Origin: a virus
Lineage: Duplodnaviria > Heunggongvirae > Uroviricota > Caudoviricetes
Length of the DNA: 48,252 nucleotides
Virus record (IMG/VR): IMGVR_UViG_3300047557_004483
Location: 64,001-112,252 of that record
Reading direction: 5' to 3' (one strand)
The notes beneath the pieces were generated by a model. The model saw only the letters and a program-made list of their open reading frames with translations, did no database searches and was not told the origin of the DNA. Positions 27,401 to 38,172 of this stretch are shown here, piece by piece. Within the stretch, counting starts at the first letter, position 1. Each line of letters begins with the position of its first letter. The translations under genes and the position numbers were made by a program.

Positions 27401-30228
27401 ATGGATGGTGTAAGAGTATTAGTTGGAGTTAACGTGTTTGTCGGGGTAACAGTATTAGTAGAAGTTATGGATGGTGTAATAGTGTTAGTTGGTGTTATTG
27501 TATTTGTAGGTGTGACAGTGTTGGTTGGTGTTATAGTGTTAGTTGGTGTTATTGTTGGAGTGTTAGACCTTGTTGGCGGAGGGAATGTCTCAGTCGGTGT
27601 AATTGTAACAGTATTTGTCGGAGTTATTGTTGGGGTTTGAGTAACAGTTGGCGTTACAGTATTAGTTGGTGTTACTGTTGGAGTGTTAGACCTAGTCGGT
27701 GGAGGGAATGTTTCTGTTGGTGTAGTTGTAACAGTGTTTGTCGGAGTTATAGTGTTTGTTGGAGTTATCGTATTTGTTGGTGTTACAGTATTTGTCGGTG
27801 TAATAGTATTGGTAGGAGTTATTGTGTTTGTTGGTGTAATTGTATTAGTTGGAGTTATTGTTGGAGTATTAGACCTAGTCGGTGGAGGGAATGTTTCAGT
27901 TGGAGTTGTTGTTACGGTGTTGGTTGGTGTAATAGTATTAGTCGGAGTGATGGTGTTTGTTGGTGTTATGGTATTAGTTGGTGTTACAGTGTTGGTTGGT
28001 GTTATTGTATTAGTTGGTGTTACAGTGTTAGTTGGAGTTATGGTTGGAGTGTTAGACCTAGTTGGTGGAGGGAATGTTTCGGTTGGTGTAGTTGTAACAG
28101 TATTTGTCGGAGTTATAGTGTTTGTTGGAGTTATCGTATTAGTTGGAGTTATTGTATTAGTTGGTGTTATAGTATTTGTCGGAGTGATTGTGTTAGTTGG
28201 AGTTATCGTATTAGTTGGAGTTATAGTATTGGTTGGGGTTATGGTGTTAGTTGGAGTTATTGTGTTAGTTGGAGTTATGGTGTTAGTTGGAGTTATTGTT
28301 GGAGTGTTAGACCTTGTTGGTGGAGGGAATGTTTCGGTTGGGGTATTAGTTACGGTATTTGTTGGAGTAATTGTATTAGTTGGTGTTGTTGTGTTAGTTG
28401 GTGTAATAGTATTAGTAGGTGTTTGGGTATTTGTTGGTGTAATAGTATTAGTTGGTGTTATTGTGTTTGTAGGAGTTATTGTAGGAGTGTTAGACCTTGT
28501 TGGTGGAGGGAATGTTTCGGTTGGGGTATTAGTTACGGTATTTGTTGGAGTAATTGTTGGTGTTTCTGTGTTGGTAGGAGTTAAAGTATTTGTTGGTGTT
28601 ACGGTATTAGTTGGAGTTATAGTATTAGTAGGGGTAATTGTAGGCGTTTCTGTAACAGTTGCCGTTGGAGTTTCAGTCGGTGTTTCTGTAATAGTTGGAG
28701 TTGGGGTTGAAGTTTGTGTTGGAGTTGGAGTAAGTACACAATTGATAGGGAATGGAGCAGTGACTGTATTTCCAGAACCAATAAAAAAGACTTGTCCAAC
28801 GGAAATCGAACCTGTAGGCCCCAAAATAGGAACTCCAGTACAACCTACTCTATAGAACCTATTAGCGAGTCCTGTTAATATTGCAGTTGGATATAGATTT
28901 TGACCAGTATTAACTGTTCTGTTATAGAAATAATACGGTGGAAAAGTTGTTCCATTCGCTAGTGGAGGAGCTTGTATCTGAAATCTCGACCCAACAGCTA
29001 TATCGTCGAAATTGAGGGACTTACTACACGCATTATTACCTCCAGGTACTAATGTATTATTAACCAAATATAAACAATTGTTTGATGCACAAGCCTCTTC
29101 CAAAGTAGTACCCACGGAAACTGGAATGACTTGTCTTGCTGGTTGGCAGTTTCCAGGACACAAAGTTCCATTAGAACCATCAGTTCGTATTAATCTTGGC
29201 ACAAGTGTTCCTGTAGTCGGATTTGTTACCATTTGTATTTGTATGAACCAACCATCATAAACAAAATAAATTCCCGCAGGAATTGTTGAAGTGAAAGCCG
29301 GAACATTTAAAGGTGTTCCCGAACAATCACTATAGAAAGTCATGTTTGCACAATCATAAGGTGCAACACTTCCCATCGTAGAACTCCAAAAAGTCAGAAT
29401 GTCAGCACTTATATCTGTTTCTGTGTATACATAAATTGTAATAGAACCAACCGAACCTGCGAAATTATTCATCGCCTCATTCATGGTATTACCCGTATAA
29501 ACAGTAATTTCTTGACAAAATCCTCCAGCAATAGGAACTGCTAAAACTGTTGCATTTGTTTGTAGTTCTGTAGTGGTAAATCCTGAACTTGAACCAGAGT
29601 TATAGGTACCAATTGTAGTACTTAATTCAGTCATAACCCCTCCTACTTCTTGGAAGAATTTCAGACTTTCATATCTTGTTTGGTCTATGTTTTCAAATGG
29701 TATGCCTATTGTGATAGGATAGGTAATATTAATTCCACTTGTTTCAAAACTATAAGATTCAATAGTATTTGAAAGGTAATAATTTGTTGTAATCACATTA
29801 CCTGTTAAATTAGTTCCCTCGGTTATATTTTCTTCGGAACCAGGTATCACTGAAAAATATCCTCCAGGAGCGCCAGGAACTGTTCCACCACTTGTAAATT
29901 CTATTGTGACAGGTGTTCCTGAGTTTGGTATCGAATAATTAAAACTTGTACCAGCACTGATTGAACCTTGTGGAATATCAATCGCCGATATTGCATATAT
30001 TTCTTGAGCCCATGAGAGCGAATCATTACTACCTTCTATTGTAACAAGTGAAATACTTGGGTTAGCAAGTCCTGAAAATGTGATAACACCGGTTTCTCCA
30101 TCGATTGAAATATAACTATCTATATCAGGTTCCGTCGAAACAATTTCATATAGTTCAACTTTCCCTCCTAATTTTATGGGAAATTTTTGACTTACTTCAT
30201 TAGGTCTTGATATTATATAACTCGGCAT
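24475..30228 (-). CDS. Giant Thr/Pro-rich mucin-like putative fibre protein (1917 aa)
   Basis: About 500-aa beta-rich N-terminus, about 1020-aa (TPTNTI)n tract and Cys-rich C-terminal modules. Confidence 0.8.
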   Translation of the reverse strand: MPSYIISRPNEVSQKFPIKLGGKVELYEIVSTEPDIDSYISIDGETGVITFSGLANPSISLVTIEGSNDSLSWAQEIYAISAIDIPQGSISAGTSFNYSIPNSGTPVTIEFTSGGTVPGAPGGYFSVIPGSEENITEGTNLTGNVITTNYYLSNTIESYSFETSGINITYPITIGIPFENIDQTRYESLKFFQEVGGVMTELSTTIGTYNSGSSSGFTTTELQTNATVLAVPIAGGFCQEITVYTGNTMNEAMNNFAGSVGSITIYVYTETDISADILTFWSSTMGSVAPYDCANMTFYSDCSGTPLNVPAFTSTIPAGIYFVYDGWFIQIQMVTNPTTGTLVPRLIRTDGSNGTLCPGNCQPARQVIPVSVGTTLEEACASNNCLYLVNNTLVPGGNNACSKSLNFDDIAVGSRFQIQAPPLANGTTFPPYYFYNRTVNTGQNLYPTAILTGLANRFYRVGCTGVPILGPTGSISVGQVFFIGSGNTVTAPFPINCVLTPTPTQTSTPTPTITETPTETPTATVTETPTITPTNTITPTNTVTPTNTLTPTNTETPTITPTNTVTNTPTETFPPPTRSNTPTITPTNTITPTNTITPTNTQTPTNTITPTNTTTPTNTITPTNTVTNTPTETFPPPTRSNTPTITPTNTITPTNTITPTNTITPTNTITPTNTITPTNTITPTNTITPTNTITPTNTITPTNTITPTNTVTTTPTETFPPPTRSNTPTITPTNTVTPTNTITPTNTVTPTNTITPTNTITPTNTITPTNTVTTTPTETFPPPTRSNTPTITPTNTITPTNTITPTNTITPTNTVTPTNTITPTNTITPTNTVTTTPTETFPPPTRSNTPTVTPTNTVTPTVTQTPTITPTNTVTITPTETFPPPTRSNTPTITPTNTITPTNTVTPTNTITPTNTITPSITSTNTVTPTNTLTPTNTLTPSITPTNTVTPTNTSSPGASQTPTATNTQTPTITPTITPTNTITPTNTVTTTPTETFPPPTRSNTPTVTTTNTTTPSITPTNTITPTNTITPTNTITPTNTITPTNTITPTNTTSPTITPTNTVTTTPTETFPPPTRSNTPTVTSTNTTTPTITPTITETPSVTPTNTITPTNTSSEGASQTPTPTLTPTPTVTPSITPTNTVTATNTQTPTNTETPTITPTNTITTTPTETFPPPTRSNTPTITPTNTITPTNTETPTITPTNTITPTNTTTPTNTETPTNTVTPTNTETPTITPTNTITPTNTETPTITPTNTITPTNTPSEGASQTPTPTLTETPTITPTNTTTPSVTPSITATNTETPTVTPSITATNTETPTVTPSITATNTETPTVTPSITATNTVTPTITPTNTITPTNTPSEGASQTPTPTLTETPTITPTNTITPTNTETPTNTVTPTNTETPTITPTNTITPTNTETPTNTVTPTNTETPTVTPTITPTNSVTPTMTMSEGASQTPTPTNTTTPTVTPSITATNTTTPTTTPTATSSNTPTITPTNTITPTNTITPTNTLTPTNTVTPTVTTSAGYCTGCTSYDVIITQADLDLSDNGAVYLTYPDCLNDNTINQNTYNFSGTYATDVCIDNCGVAPILCIVYNGNDCYTNITSSIVPVANCLPVVYTCDTCFNLIITEPNATTYNGIVELGQSYGNVDVTISVTGATSIFEVFVGNLQEGLGEVFQFTSPTQSITKTVGFIGFNLGTAMDLSVFANNSSGNFNNVTMDVCVSCPYLYNCNAPLFSEVTSDLYGTIAGACNAILFNPDPTEGNGTSFCNCTTYTNPSFGQYSTGSYYIQYSGQYRLVNVINGNNTVTASTSCSNCTTLTPTPTSTLTPTPTKTSGLVPSPTPTTTITPSNNASCISYYLGPNSFSTTYEYVDCSTGITTQIFVQAGANAGPVCSRTTPTGGRIVNLGACVGQADNPN
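25670..28735 (-). repeat. Coding low-complexity repeat (TPTNTI)n with 9 [13 protein letters not shown] punctuations
   Basis: Nine ggagggaatgt copies counted between 26700 and 28520. Confidence 0.92.
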
Positions 30229-30244
30229 CTCGTTTTGTTACAAA

Positions 30245-30251
30245 ATAAATA
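30245..30251 (-). promoter_or_regulatory. TATTTAT putative phage (late) promoter motif
   Basis: GTATTTATT upstream of the ATG at 30228. Confidence 0.55.
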
Positions 30252-30269
30252 CTTCGAATAATGATTATA

Positions 30270-33200
30270 TTATGCACATGCCCCAGCATCTGTTAATCCA
30301 CCATTAAGATAATTTTGAGAAAGGTAAGAAGTTGGGTTAATGTATATTATCGAAGCACTAAGTAAGAAATCATCAGGTCCTGTTGAAAGTGTACTGAAGT
30401 CTTTAGAACCATTTGCAGGAATGAACACTTGTGTGAAGTTACCTGGTCCTGTTTCTATAGTTTCATAGTCAATACCAATTTCAATCTGAGTCAAAACGTT
30501 AACTGAGTTTGTTCCATAAGCTCCAGGAGTCGCATCTGCATATCCATTGAAAGTTATCAACCACTCTGAACCATTGAATTGTGGTACAGGTTCAACGCAC
30601 ACACTTATATAGATGTCTAAGAATGGTGTTTGTGTCACTGTAGGAGTAATAGTTGTTGTTGGTGTTATTGTTGGAGTATTAGACCTTGTCGGTGGAGGTG
30701 CCGTTTCGGTAGGTGTGACTGTGGTAGTATTGGTTGGAGTTATCGAAGGAGTAACAGTATTAGTTGGTGTTATTGTAGGAGTTGTTGTTGTGGTAGGTGT
30801 ATTTGTTCTTGTAGGTGGTGGAGCAGTTTCAGTAGGTGTAATACTCGGTGTTATTGTTGGAGTGGCAGTACGAGTTAGAGTTGGTGTTGGTGTATTAGTT
30901 CTTGTAGGGTTAGGGGTTCTTGTATTTGTTGGTGTTATTGTGTTAGTTGGAGTTATTGACGGAGTCGCAGTCCTTGTTGGAGTAATAGTATTAGTTGGAG
31001 TTATTGACGGAGTAATAGTATTTGTTGGAGTAATAGTATTAGTTGGAGTAATAGTATTAGTTGGAGTTATTGACGGAGTAATAGTATTAGTCGGAGTTAT
31101 TGTGTTGGTTGGAGTTATTGAAGGAGTAACTGTATTTGTTGGAGTAATAGTATTAGTTGGAGTAATAGTATTAGTTGGAGTTATTGTGTTGGTTGGAGTT
31201 ATTGAAGGAGTAACTGTATTAGTTGGGGTTATTGTGTTTGTCGGGGTTATTGTGTTGGTTGGAGTTATTGAAGGAGTAACTGTATTAGTTGGAGTAATAG
31301 TATTAGTTGGAGTTATTGATGGTGTCGCAGTCCTTGTTGGCGTAATAGTATTAGTTGGAGTTATTGTGTTGGTTGGAGTTATTGAAGGAGTAACTGTATT
31401 AGTTGGGGTAACTGTATTAGTCGGAGTAATAGTATTCGTAGGTGTTATTGATGGAGTAACTGTATTAGTTGGGGTAACTGTATTAGTCGGAGTAATAGTA
31501 TTCGTAGGTGTTATTGATGGAGTAACTGTATTAGTTGGAGTAATAGTATTAGTTGGAGTTATCGATGGTGTTACACTATTAGTTGGAGTGATTGTGTTAG
31601 TAGGGGTTATAGATGGTGTTAATGTATTAGTTGGAGTTATTGTGTTAGTTGGAGTTATTGTATTTGTTGGTGTAATTGACGGTGTTATTGTATTTGTTGG
31701 TGTAATTGTATTTGTAGGTGTGATAGATGGAGTAAGAGTATTAGTTGGCGTTAAAGTATTGGTTGGTGTAATAGATGGAGTAGTAGTATTCGTTGGGGTT
31801 ATTGTATTTGTAGGAGTTATTGAAGGTGTTGTAGTGTTAGTTGGGGTTATTGTATTTGTTGGAGTTATTGTATTCGTTGGTGTAATTGATGGTGTTATAG
31901 TATTAGTTGGCGTGATGGTATTAGTTGGTGTTATTGATGGAGTGATAGTATTGGTTGGAGTGATGGTATTTGTAGGAGTTATTGAAGGTGTTGTAGTGTT
32001 TGTTGGAGTAGTTGTATTTGTTGGAGTTATTGTATTAGTTGGAGTTATTGAAGGTGTTATTGTATTTGTAGGAGTAATTGTGTTAGTAGGAGTATTAGTA
32101 TTGGTAGGTGTGATAGATGGAGTAATAGTATTTGTTGGTGTTATTGTATTCGTTGGTGTTATGGTGTTGGTTGGAGTTATAGATGGAGTAACTGTATTAG
32201 TTGGGGTTATCGTAGGGGTGTTAGACCTAGTTGGCGGAGGGAATGTCTCAGTCGGCGTATTTGTTACAGTATTGGTTGGAGTTATCGATGGTGTTATTGT
32301 GTTCGTTGGAGTAATAGTGTTAGTTGGAGTTATTGTGTTCGTTGGAGTAATAGTGTTAGTTGGAGTTATTGTGTTCGTTGGAGTAATAGTATTTGTTGGT
32401 GTTATTGATGGTGTGACGCTATTAGTTGGAGTTATTGTATTAGTTGGAGTAATAGTGTTAGTTGGTGTTATTGATGCTGTTACAGTATTGGTTGGAGTAA
32501 TAGTATTTGTCGGTGTGATAGTATTCGTTGGAGTTATCGATGGTGTTATTGTGTTCGTTGGAGTAATAGTGTTAGTTGGAGTTATTGTGTTCGTTGGTGT
32601 AATAGTATTAGTTGGTGTTATTGTGTTAGTTGGTGTAATAGTATTCGTTGGCGTTATTGACGGAGTAATAGTATTAGTTGGTGTTATTGTGTTAGTTGGT
32701 GTAATAGTATTCGTTGGCGTTATTGACGGAGTAATAGTATTAGTTGGTGTTATTGTGTTAGTTGGTGTAATAGTATTCGTTGGTGTTATTGATGGTGTTA
32801 TTGTATTTGTTGGAGTAATAGTGTTAGTTGGAGTTATTGTGTTCGTTGGTGTAATAGTATTAGTTGGTGTTATTGTGTTAGTTGGTGTAATAGTATTCGT
32901 TGGCGTTATTGACGGAGTAATAGTATTAGTTGGTGTTATTGTGTTAGTTGGTGTAATAGTATTCGTTGGCGTTATTGACGGAGTAATAGTATTAGTTGGT
33001 GTTATTGTGTTAGTTGGTGTAATAGTATTCGTTGGTGTTATTGATGGTGTTATTGTATTTGTTGGTGTTATGGTGTTGGTTGGAGTTATAGATGGTGTTA
33101 CACTATTAGTTGGGGTTATCGTAGGGGTGTTAGACCTAGTTGGCGGAGGGAATGTCTCAGTCGGCGTATTTGTTACAGTATTGGTTGGAGTTATCGATGG

Positions 33201-34484
33201 TGTTATTGTGTTCGTTGGAGTAATAGTGTTGGTTGGTGTAATAGTATTAGTCGGAGTTATTGTGTTAGTCGGAGTTATAGATGGTGTAATACTATTAGTT
33301 GGTGTTATTGTGTTAGTAGGTGTTATTGTATTGGTAGGTGTAATTGTGTTAGTGGGTGTTATTGATGGCGTAGCTGTGTTAGTAGGAGTGATTGTGTTGG
33401 TTGGAGTTATCGTATTAGTCGGAGTTATAGTATTAGTCGGAGTTATAGTATTAGTAGGAGTTATAGTATTAGTAGGAGTAAGAGTATTTGTAGAAGTTAC
33501 TGTAGGAGTATTAGACCTAGTTGGTGGAGGGAATGTCTCAGTTGGAGTAATTGTAACAGTAGTTGTTGGTGTTAATGTATTAGTTGGAGTAATTGTGTTG
33601 GTTGGAGTTATTGTGTTGGTTGGTGTTATAGATGGTGTTACTGTATTTGTAGCTGTTATTGTATTTGTAGGTGTTATTGTATTAGTTGGTGTCTGTGTAT
33701 TGGTCGGACTGTTAGTATTAGTTGGGCTTATAGATGGTGTAATTGATAATGTTATTGTTGTAGTAGGTGTTAGAGTTTGGGTGGCGGTAATAGTTGGTGT
33801 TTGAGTAATAGAGGTTGTTGGGGTTTGTGATGGTGTCAAAGTTTGAGTAGGAGTTGCTGTTTGTGGAGGCGTTCCGGTTGGTGAAGGTGTTTGAGTATTT
33901 GTTGTCGTTGGAGTTGGTGATGGTGTTTGTGTTGGACTACTTGTCTGCGTTGGAGTAAGGGTTATAGTGGTTGTTGGTGTTGCAGTATTGGTTGGTGTTA
34001 TTGATGGCGTTACTGTATTAGTTGGGGTTATTGTGTTAGTTGGTGTGATTGTAGGTGTTATTGTATTTGTTGGTGTTGGAGTTCTTGTAAAACAAGGAGG
34101 TAAAGGACTTATCGGTAGTGTTCTTGTAGGAGTTGCAGTATTTGTTGGTGTGACCGGTATTGTGGTGCTTGGACTTGGGGTTATTGTCGGGGTGTTTGTT
34201 GCAGTTACTGACGGTGTTGTTGTCGGAGTATCGAATGGTGTTGCGGTGACAGTTGGTGTCGGCGTCTCTGTTACGTAAACCCATTGCAAAAATTCACAAG
34301 CGTCATTATCTACTATTTTTATTATAAAATTATTGTCAGCATATGGTGGGGGTACTGTGAAAGAAATCGGAAATGTAGTTGCTGAAGTAACAAATACACA
34401 GTTAGCACTAAAAGAATCACAATAGTATATATCTACCGGGGTATTTGCTGTTACTGATTGTATTGTTACTAATTCTGAAGCCAT
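30270..34484 (-). CDS. Giant Thr/Pro-rich mucin-like putative fibre protein (1404 aa)
   Basis: Start moved to the ATG at 34484 (MASELV; TAATG overlap with the upstream stop). About 75-aa N-terminal domain, about 1220-aa [10 protein letters not shown] tract and about 115-aa C-terminal domain. Confidence 0.8.
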   Translation of the reverse strand: MASELVTIQSVTANTPVDIYYCDSFSANCVFVTSATTFPISFTVPPPYADNNFIIKIVDNDACEFLQWVYVTETPTPTVTATPFDTPTTTPSVTATNTPTITPSPSTTIPVTPTNTATPTRTLPISPLPPCFTRTPTPTNTITPTITPTNTITPTNTVTPSITPTNTATPTTTITLTPTQTSSPTQTPSPTPTTTNTQTPSPTGTPPQTATPTQTLTPSQTPTTSITQTPTITATQTLTPTTTITLSITPSISPTNTNSPTNTQTPTNTITPTNTITATNTVTPSITPTNTITPTNTITPTNTLTPTTTVTITPTETFPPPTRSNTPTVTSTNTLTPTNTITPTNTITPTNTITPTNTITPTNTITPTNTATPSITPTNTITPTNTITPTNTITPTNSITPSITPTNTITPTNTITPTNTITPTNTITPSITPTNTVTNTPTETFPPPTRSNTPTITPTNSVTPSITPTNTITPTNTITPSITPTNTITPTNTITPTNTITPSITPTNTITPTNTITPTNTITPSITPTNTITPTNTITPTNTITPTNTITPTNTITPTNTITPSITPTNTITPTNTITPTNTITPSITPTNTITPTNTITPTNTITPSITPTNTITPTNTITPTNTITPTNTITPTNTITPTNTITPSITPTNTITPTNTITPTNTVTASITPTNTITPTNTITPTNSVTPSITPTNTITPTNTITPTNTITPTNTITPTNTITPTNTITPSITPTNTVTNTPTETFPPPTRSNTPTITPTNTVTPSITPTNTITPTNTITPTNTITPSITPTNTNTPTNTITPTNTITPSITPTNTITPTNTTTPTNTTTPSITPTNTITPTNTITPSITPTNTITPTNTITPSITPTNTITPTNTITPTNTTTPSITPTNTITPTNTTTPSITPTNTLTPTNTLTPSITPTNTITPTNTITPSITPTNTITPTNTITPTNTLTPSITPTNTITPTNSVTPSITPTNTITPTNTVTPSITPTNTITPTNTVTPTNTVTPSITPTNTITPTNTVTPTNTVTPSITPTNTITPTNTITPTRTATPSITPTNTITPTNTVTPSITPTNTITPTNTITPTNTVTPSITPTNTITPTNTITPTNTITPTNTVTPSITPTNTITPTNTITPSITPTNTITPTNTITPTNTITPSITPTNTITPTRTATPSITPTNTITPTNTRTPNPTRTNTPTPTLTRTATPTITPSITPTETAPPPTRTNTPTTTTTPTITPTNTVTPSITPTNTTTVTPTETAPPPTRSNTPTITPTTTITPTVTQTPFLDIYISVCVEPVPQFNGSEWLITFNGYADATPGAYGTNSVNVLTQIEIGIDYETIETGPGNFTQVFIPANGSKDFSTLSTGPDDFLLSASIIYINPTSYLSQNYLNGGLTDAGACA
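30620..34280 (-). repeat. Coding low-complexity repeat ([10 protein letters not shown])n with nested 18/66/252/909-bp duplications
   Basis: 66-bp unit at 32651/32717, 252-bp tandem at 32561/32813 and near-identical block at 32222/33131. Confidence 0.9.
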
Positions 34485-34708
34485 TAGATTACTGTTGTTA
34501 CTCCTGTTATTGAACAATTGTTAAAATCAATCGCCTTTATCATATATGATGTTCCTGTATTATAAGGTTCTGGTATATCAAACACATAAGGAAATTCTGA
34601 AGCAGTTATAGTATTAATATAAAAACAAGAATCCCCCGTCGGTTGACAAACATAAATATCAAATGGTGTTTGTCCTGTTATATTATTTATTGTTGCCTGT
34701 ATTGCCAT
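34484..34708 (-). CDS. Small Cys-containing beta protein (74 aa), paralog of the downstream gene's N-terminal domain
   Basis: [41 protein letters not shown] aligns with [41 protein letters not shown]. Coupled overlaps at both ends (TGATG, TAATG). Confidence 0.8.
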   Translation of the reverse strand: MAIQATINNITGQTPFDIYVCQPTGDSCFYINTITASEFPYVFDIPEPYNTGTSYMIKAIDFNNCSITGVTTVI

Positions 34709-37700
34709 CAGTATTGACTTAATGGTGATTTAGTTACTGTTGATGGTGTTATCGACAAAACAGAGAATACTGTTTTGGTAACAGCCGAACAATTTCCGTC
34801 CAAAGGACATTGCTCTAAATTATAGGAAGTGAAGTTTTGTGTTACAAACGAACTACCAGCAGGTATTGTGATGAAAATTGTTTCATAATTTGTTCCCGAG
34901 CAATCGGTAACTTCTAAACTTACTTGGACAGTTATATCAACCGTAGTTATTGTTTGTGTGCCATCGGAATTGAAATTTGTTACTCTCAGAGTGGTCTCCG
35001 ATTTACTATATCCACCACAAAAGTCTGGTTGTCCTGTAACGAAACCATCATTATTTATCGTAATTTGAGAAGTTGTAGTTGGGATTCCATTGATACATTC
35101 AGAACAATTGGAATAAATCAATGTTCCGATACTTGTAAAATAATTTCCATTCCAACTTGTCGCAACTACATTAATAGGTGGAACATAGCTTGAAACAAAC
35201 GCTCCAAGATATGTCCAACAATTACCCACACTATCTTTGAATCTCTCATTCACTCGTATACTTGGTAATTGTGTTGTTTGAATTATTTGATTATTCAAAT
35301 ATGGATTGATTTGTAGTGGTTGACAACTTTCATAAACATAAACGAAGGTCATAGGACTTGAAGTTAATGTTGGTGTTATTGATGGAGTCGGTGTTATACT
35401 AGCAGTTACCGATGGTGTTGGTGTTACGCTAGCCGTTACCGATGGTGTCACACTTTGTGTAAGTCCCGGTGTCTTAGTTATTGTAGGTGTCACTGAAATT
35501 GATGGAGTAATTGTTGGTGTAATCGTCGGTGTAGGTGTAGTCGTTGTTGTTGGTGTAATTGATGGCGTTGGTGTTGGACTTGGTATATTTGAACATTCTG
35601 CATAAGTACCATAAATTCCAAAAATACTTTGAACAGAGCTGTTCGATGATAGATTGGAATCATTTCTTAAATAAGTTACACATAGATTTTGTCCGTTTAT
35701 TGTTGCTGCTATAGTAATTCCAACAACAATTGGAGTATCATTGAATATTAATGGGTCTGAAGTGTAGTACTCTGTTCCTGTTGACTCATCTAACAATACT
35801 TTTACAGATGCACAAATGAATTGGTTTTGTATAATTTCAAATGTTGCAGAGCCCGAGAAGGTCACGGGAATTGTTGGTGTAATCGTAGGAGTTGGTGTCG
35901 GTGTAACATTTGAACTCGGCGTATAAGCACTTAGAGAAAAATCAATACCAACCGAGTTACAATATTGTCCTGAAGGAGTTGGTGTTGGGGTCAATGTCAT
36001 TGCGCTGAGTGAAAAACCAACAACGTCACAGGATATGGCTGTAGATGGTGTCGGCGTAATCTGACAATCGAAATACGCATTGAAATCGAGAATATCGCAA
36101 TCAACAGGTGGTGTTGGAGGAGGTAAACAAGCTCCAACAGTGAAAACATTTCCGTCTAAGTCAGGACAGGTAGAACGGCAAGGATAAGCCCCCCTGATAA
36201 TACAAGGACCTCCCAAATATGTACTTAAACACCAACTTGTTCCATTGAAGAATATAATTCCGTATTGTGTTCCTCCCCCTTCATAATATGGGTAACAATT
36301 ATAGTAACCTCCGTACCACGTATAATTTCCAGTGAGTGCAGACAAACTATCTAATCCTGTATCTAAACAATAAACAAAATTTTCACATGTAAAAAATGTA
36401 GAATTCGTTGGTGTTGGTGTCGGTGATACTGCCGGTGTAGGTGGCGGAACACAACTTTCACAATTATTCGATATTGGCCCTTGTAAATATGGACCACCAG
36501 GCCCTGAAAATTCTTCGAAGTAATAACATTCTCCGTTATAAACATATGTCCCACCAGGGAATGCGGTATCTTCATCTATCAACGCATAAAAAACAGTGCC
36601 GGTTCCACATTTCAAAAGAAGCGCCGCTCTTCTCCCTACTCTTGGGCAAATCGTTTCCGCACAATCGAAAATTTCCGTAAAAGTAACCCCAACCGCATTG
36701 AATAGAGGGCCGGTATTTGTATTTGCTGTGTATGTTGCACATCCTTCAAACTCAGTGCTTCCCGTTATAAAATATACGGAACCCAACGTCAAAGATTGAA
36801 GTGGTCCTGCAAATCTAAAAATAATTCCACTGTCACAATCAATAAACTGAACAACAATTCCTGGAGGTGCAGGTGTTTGAGTTACAGAAGGAGTAAGTGT
36901 GGGTGTTGTAGTTGGTGTTGATGTAATCGTAGGTGTTGGTGACTCGGTTGGAGTAGATGTTTGAGTAGGTGTCGGTGTTTCAGTATTAGTTGGTGTAATT
37001 GTAGGTGTCGGTGTTTCAGTATTAGTTGGTGTAATTGTAGGTGTCGGTGTTTCAGTATTAGTTGGTGTAATTGTAGGTGTAGGTGTTTCAGTATTAGTTG
37101 GTGTAATTGTAGGTGTAGGTGTTTCAGTATTAGTTGGTGTAATTGTAGGTGTAGGTGTTTCAGTATTAGTTGGTGTTAAAGTATTAGTTGGTGTAATTGT
37201 AGGTGTAGGTGTTTCAGTATTAGTTGGTGTAATTGTAGATGTAGGTGTTTCAGTAGGTGTCGGTGTTTCAGTAGTTGTAGGAGTTTGTGTTGGGGTAATG
37301 GTTGGTGTTTCTGTCAATGTTGGTGTTGGTGTTTGTGAGGCTCCTTCGCTTGGGGTATTGGTCTGAGTTGGTGTATTAGTTGGAGTTTCAGTTGGAGTTG
37401 GAGTTTCAGTTGAAGTTATAGTTGGGGTTGGGGTTGGTGTGAGTGATAATGGTCCACAATAGCTTCCACAAATACTAACGTCCGCAATACTCCAACTTAT
37501 ACAATCAGTGGTTTGTCCAGGAGAACAGTAAATATCATTAGTATATAGAGAATCCTCAATTGCACAATTAATGATTGACTGTTGTCCACCTGGTCCTCCT
37601 GGTGCGGAATGAGAGTTTAATACACCATCACAATCGAGATAGTAAACAGTTTTAGTTGAACTATAAAAGTTTATAACCTCGTACTGTCTACAAGAAACAC

Positions 37701-38064
37701 ATCCTGTTGATGGTGATATTGTTACAGTGGGTGTTGGTGTTGGTGTTGGGGTCTCACCAGGTCCTCCTCCTCCTGTTGTTGAGGTAGGCGTTTGGGTGGG
37801 TGTTGAAGTTGCTTGAGGTGTTGGTGTCACACACCCAAAACACGGCTCATTACTTTGTGTTACGTTGATACAATCAATGGTTGTATTATCACAAGCATTC
37901 CCGAAAAAAAAGATACTGTTTTCCGCAGCACAAGGAATATTAGTTTGTTGTCCATTACCCGGAGCAGATATTGAAGATGGGGTGTCATCACATGCAGTAT
38001 AAAAAATAGTAACCGCACTTGAATAATAATTGACTATTTCATATGTATAACAACATAACGCCAT
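34708..38064 (-). CDS. Cys-rich modular putative fibre protein with PT linkers (1118 aa)
   Basis: Multiple small Cys-bounded domains separated by PT tracts. Confidence 0.75.
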   Translation of the reverse strand: MALCCYTYEIVNYYSSAVTIFYTACDDTPSSISAPGNGQQTNIPCAAENSIFFFGNACDNTTIDCINVTQSNEPCFGCVTPTPQATSTPTQTPTSTTGGGGPGETPTPTPTPTVTISPSTGCVSCRQYEVINFYSSTKTVYYLDCDGVLNSHSAPGGPGGQQSIINCAIEDSLYTNDIYCSPGQTTDCISWSIADVSICGSYCGPLSLTPTPTPTITSTETPTPTETPTNTPTQTNTPSEGASQTPTPTLTETPTITPTQTPTTTETPTPTETPTSTITPTNTETPTPTITPTNTLTPTNTETPTPTITPTNTETPTPTITPTNTETPTPTITPTNTETPTPTITPTNTETPTPTITPTNTETPTPTQTSTPTESPTPTITSTPTTTPTLTPSVTQTPAPPGIVVQFIDCDSGIIFRFAGPLQSLTLGSVYFITGSTEFEGCATYTANTNTGPLFNAVGVTFTEIFDCAETICPRVGRRAALLLKCGTGTVFYALIDEDTAFPGGTYVYNGECYYFEEFSGPGGPYLQGPISNNCESCVPPPTPAVSPTPTPTNSTFFTCENFVYCLDTGLDSLSALTGNYTWYGGYYNCYPYYEGGGTQYGIIFFNGTSWCLSTYLGGPCIIRGAYPCRSTCPDLDGNVFTVGACLPPPTPPVDCDILDFNAYFDCQITPTPSTAISCDVVGFSLSAMTLTPTPTPSGQYCNSVGIDFSLSAYTPSSNVTPTPTPTITPTIPVTFSGSATFEIIQNQFICASVKVLLDESTGTEYYTSDPLIFNDTPIVVGITIAATINGQNLCVTYLRNDSNLSSNSSVQSIFGIYGTYAECSNIPSPTPTPSITPTTTTTPTPTITPTITPSISVTPTITKTPGLTQSVTPSVTASVTPTPSVTASITPTPSITPTLTSSPMTFVYVYESCQPLQINPYLNNQIIQTTQLPSIRVNERFKDSVGNCWTYLGAFVSSYVPPINVVATSWNGNYFTSIGTLIYSNCSECINGIPTTTSQITINNDGFVTGQPDFCGGYSKSETTLRVTNFNSDGTQTITTVDITVQVSLEVTDCSGTNYETIFITIPAGSSFVTQNFTSYNLEQCPLDGNCSAVTKTVFSVLSITPSTVTKSPLSQY
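36965..37240 (-). repeat. 36-bp near-perfect tandem coding repeat ([12 protein letters not shown]), about 7 copies
   Basis: gtaggtgt(c/a)ggtgtttcagtattagttggtgtaatt starts at 36965, 37001, 37037, 37073, 37109, 37145 and 37199; the copy at 37145 is partial. Confidence 0.9.
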
Positions 38065-38081
38065 TAATAGTATTTCTTTTC

Positions 38082-38094
38082 AATAAATAACAAG
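38082..38094 (-). promoter_or_regulatory. CTTGTTATTTATT putative phage (late) promoter
   Basis: Identical to 18493-18505; upstream of the ATG at 38064. Confidence 0.6.
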
Positions 38095-38172
38095 AATTTT
38101 AGTTTTATTAGAAATAATACATATTATTTCAGAATATTAAACGAGATTGAAACTTACTTTCGATTTATATTA

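Noticed and set aside
27637-28584. Cys/Trp/Ser-rich plus-strand ORFs (also 26425-26850 and 36961-37179)
   Set aside because: In-register antisense reading of ACN/CCN codons (NGT/NGG); no independent coding signal.
30613-33804. 1063-aa plus-strand ORF (VGVIVLVGV...) and similar ORFs at 25931-28855, 19577-19813 and 33967-34278
   Set aside because: Antisense shadow of Thr/Pro/Asn/Ile codons. In that frame a stop needs a sense Tyr, His or Gln codon, which the repeats lack, so long Val/Gly ORFs arise automatically.
24475-34484. Secreted or cell-surface bacterial adhesins (T9SS cargo or S-layer)
   Set aside because: No signal peptides or T9SS C-terminal domains seen, and the surrounding genes are phage-type.
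36965-37240. 36-bp direct repeats resembling a CRISPR repeat length
   Set aside because: Head-to-tail with no unique spacers, in frame within a CDS, and no cas operon. The PD-(D/E)XK nuclease lies in a replication module.
38111-38130. Perfect 8-bp inverted repeat GAAATAAT-ACAT-ATTATTTC in the 108-nt gap
   Set aside because: All but one pair A/T and no U-tract on the minus strand; too weak to call a terminator. It could be an operator, but there is no support.
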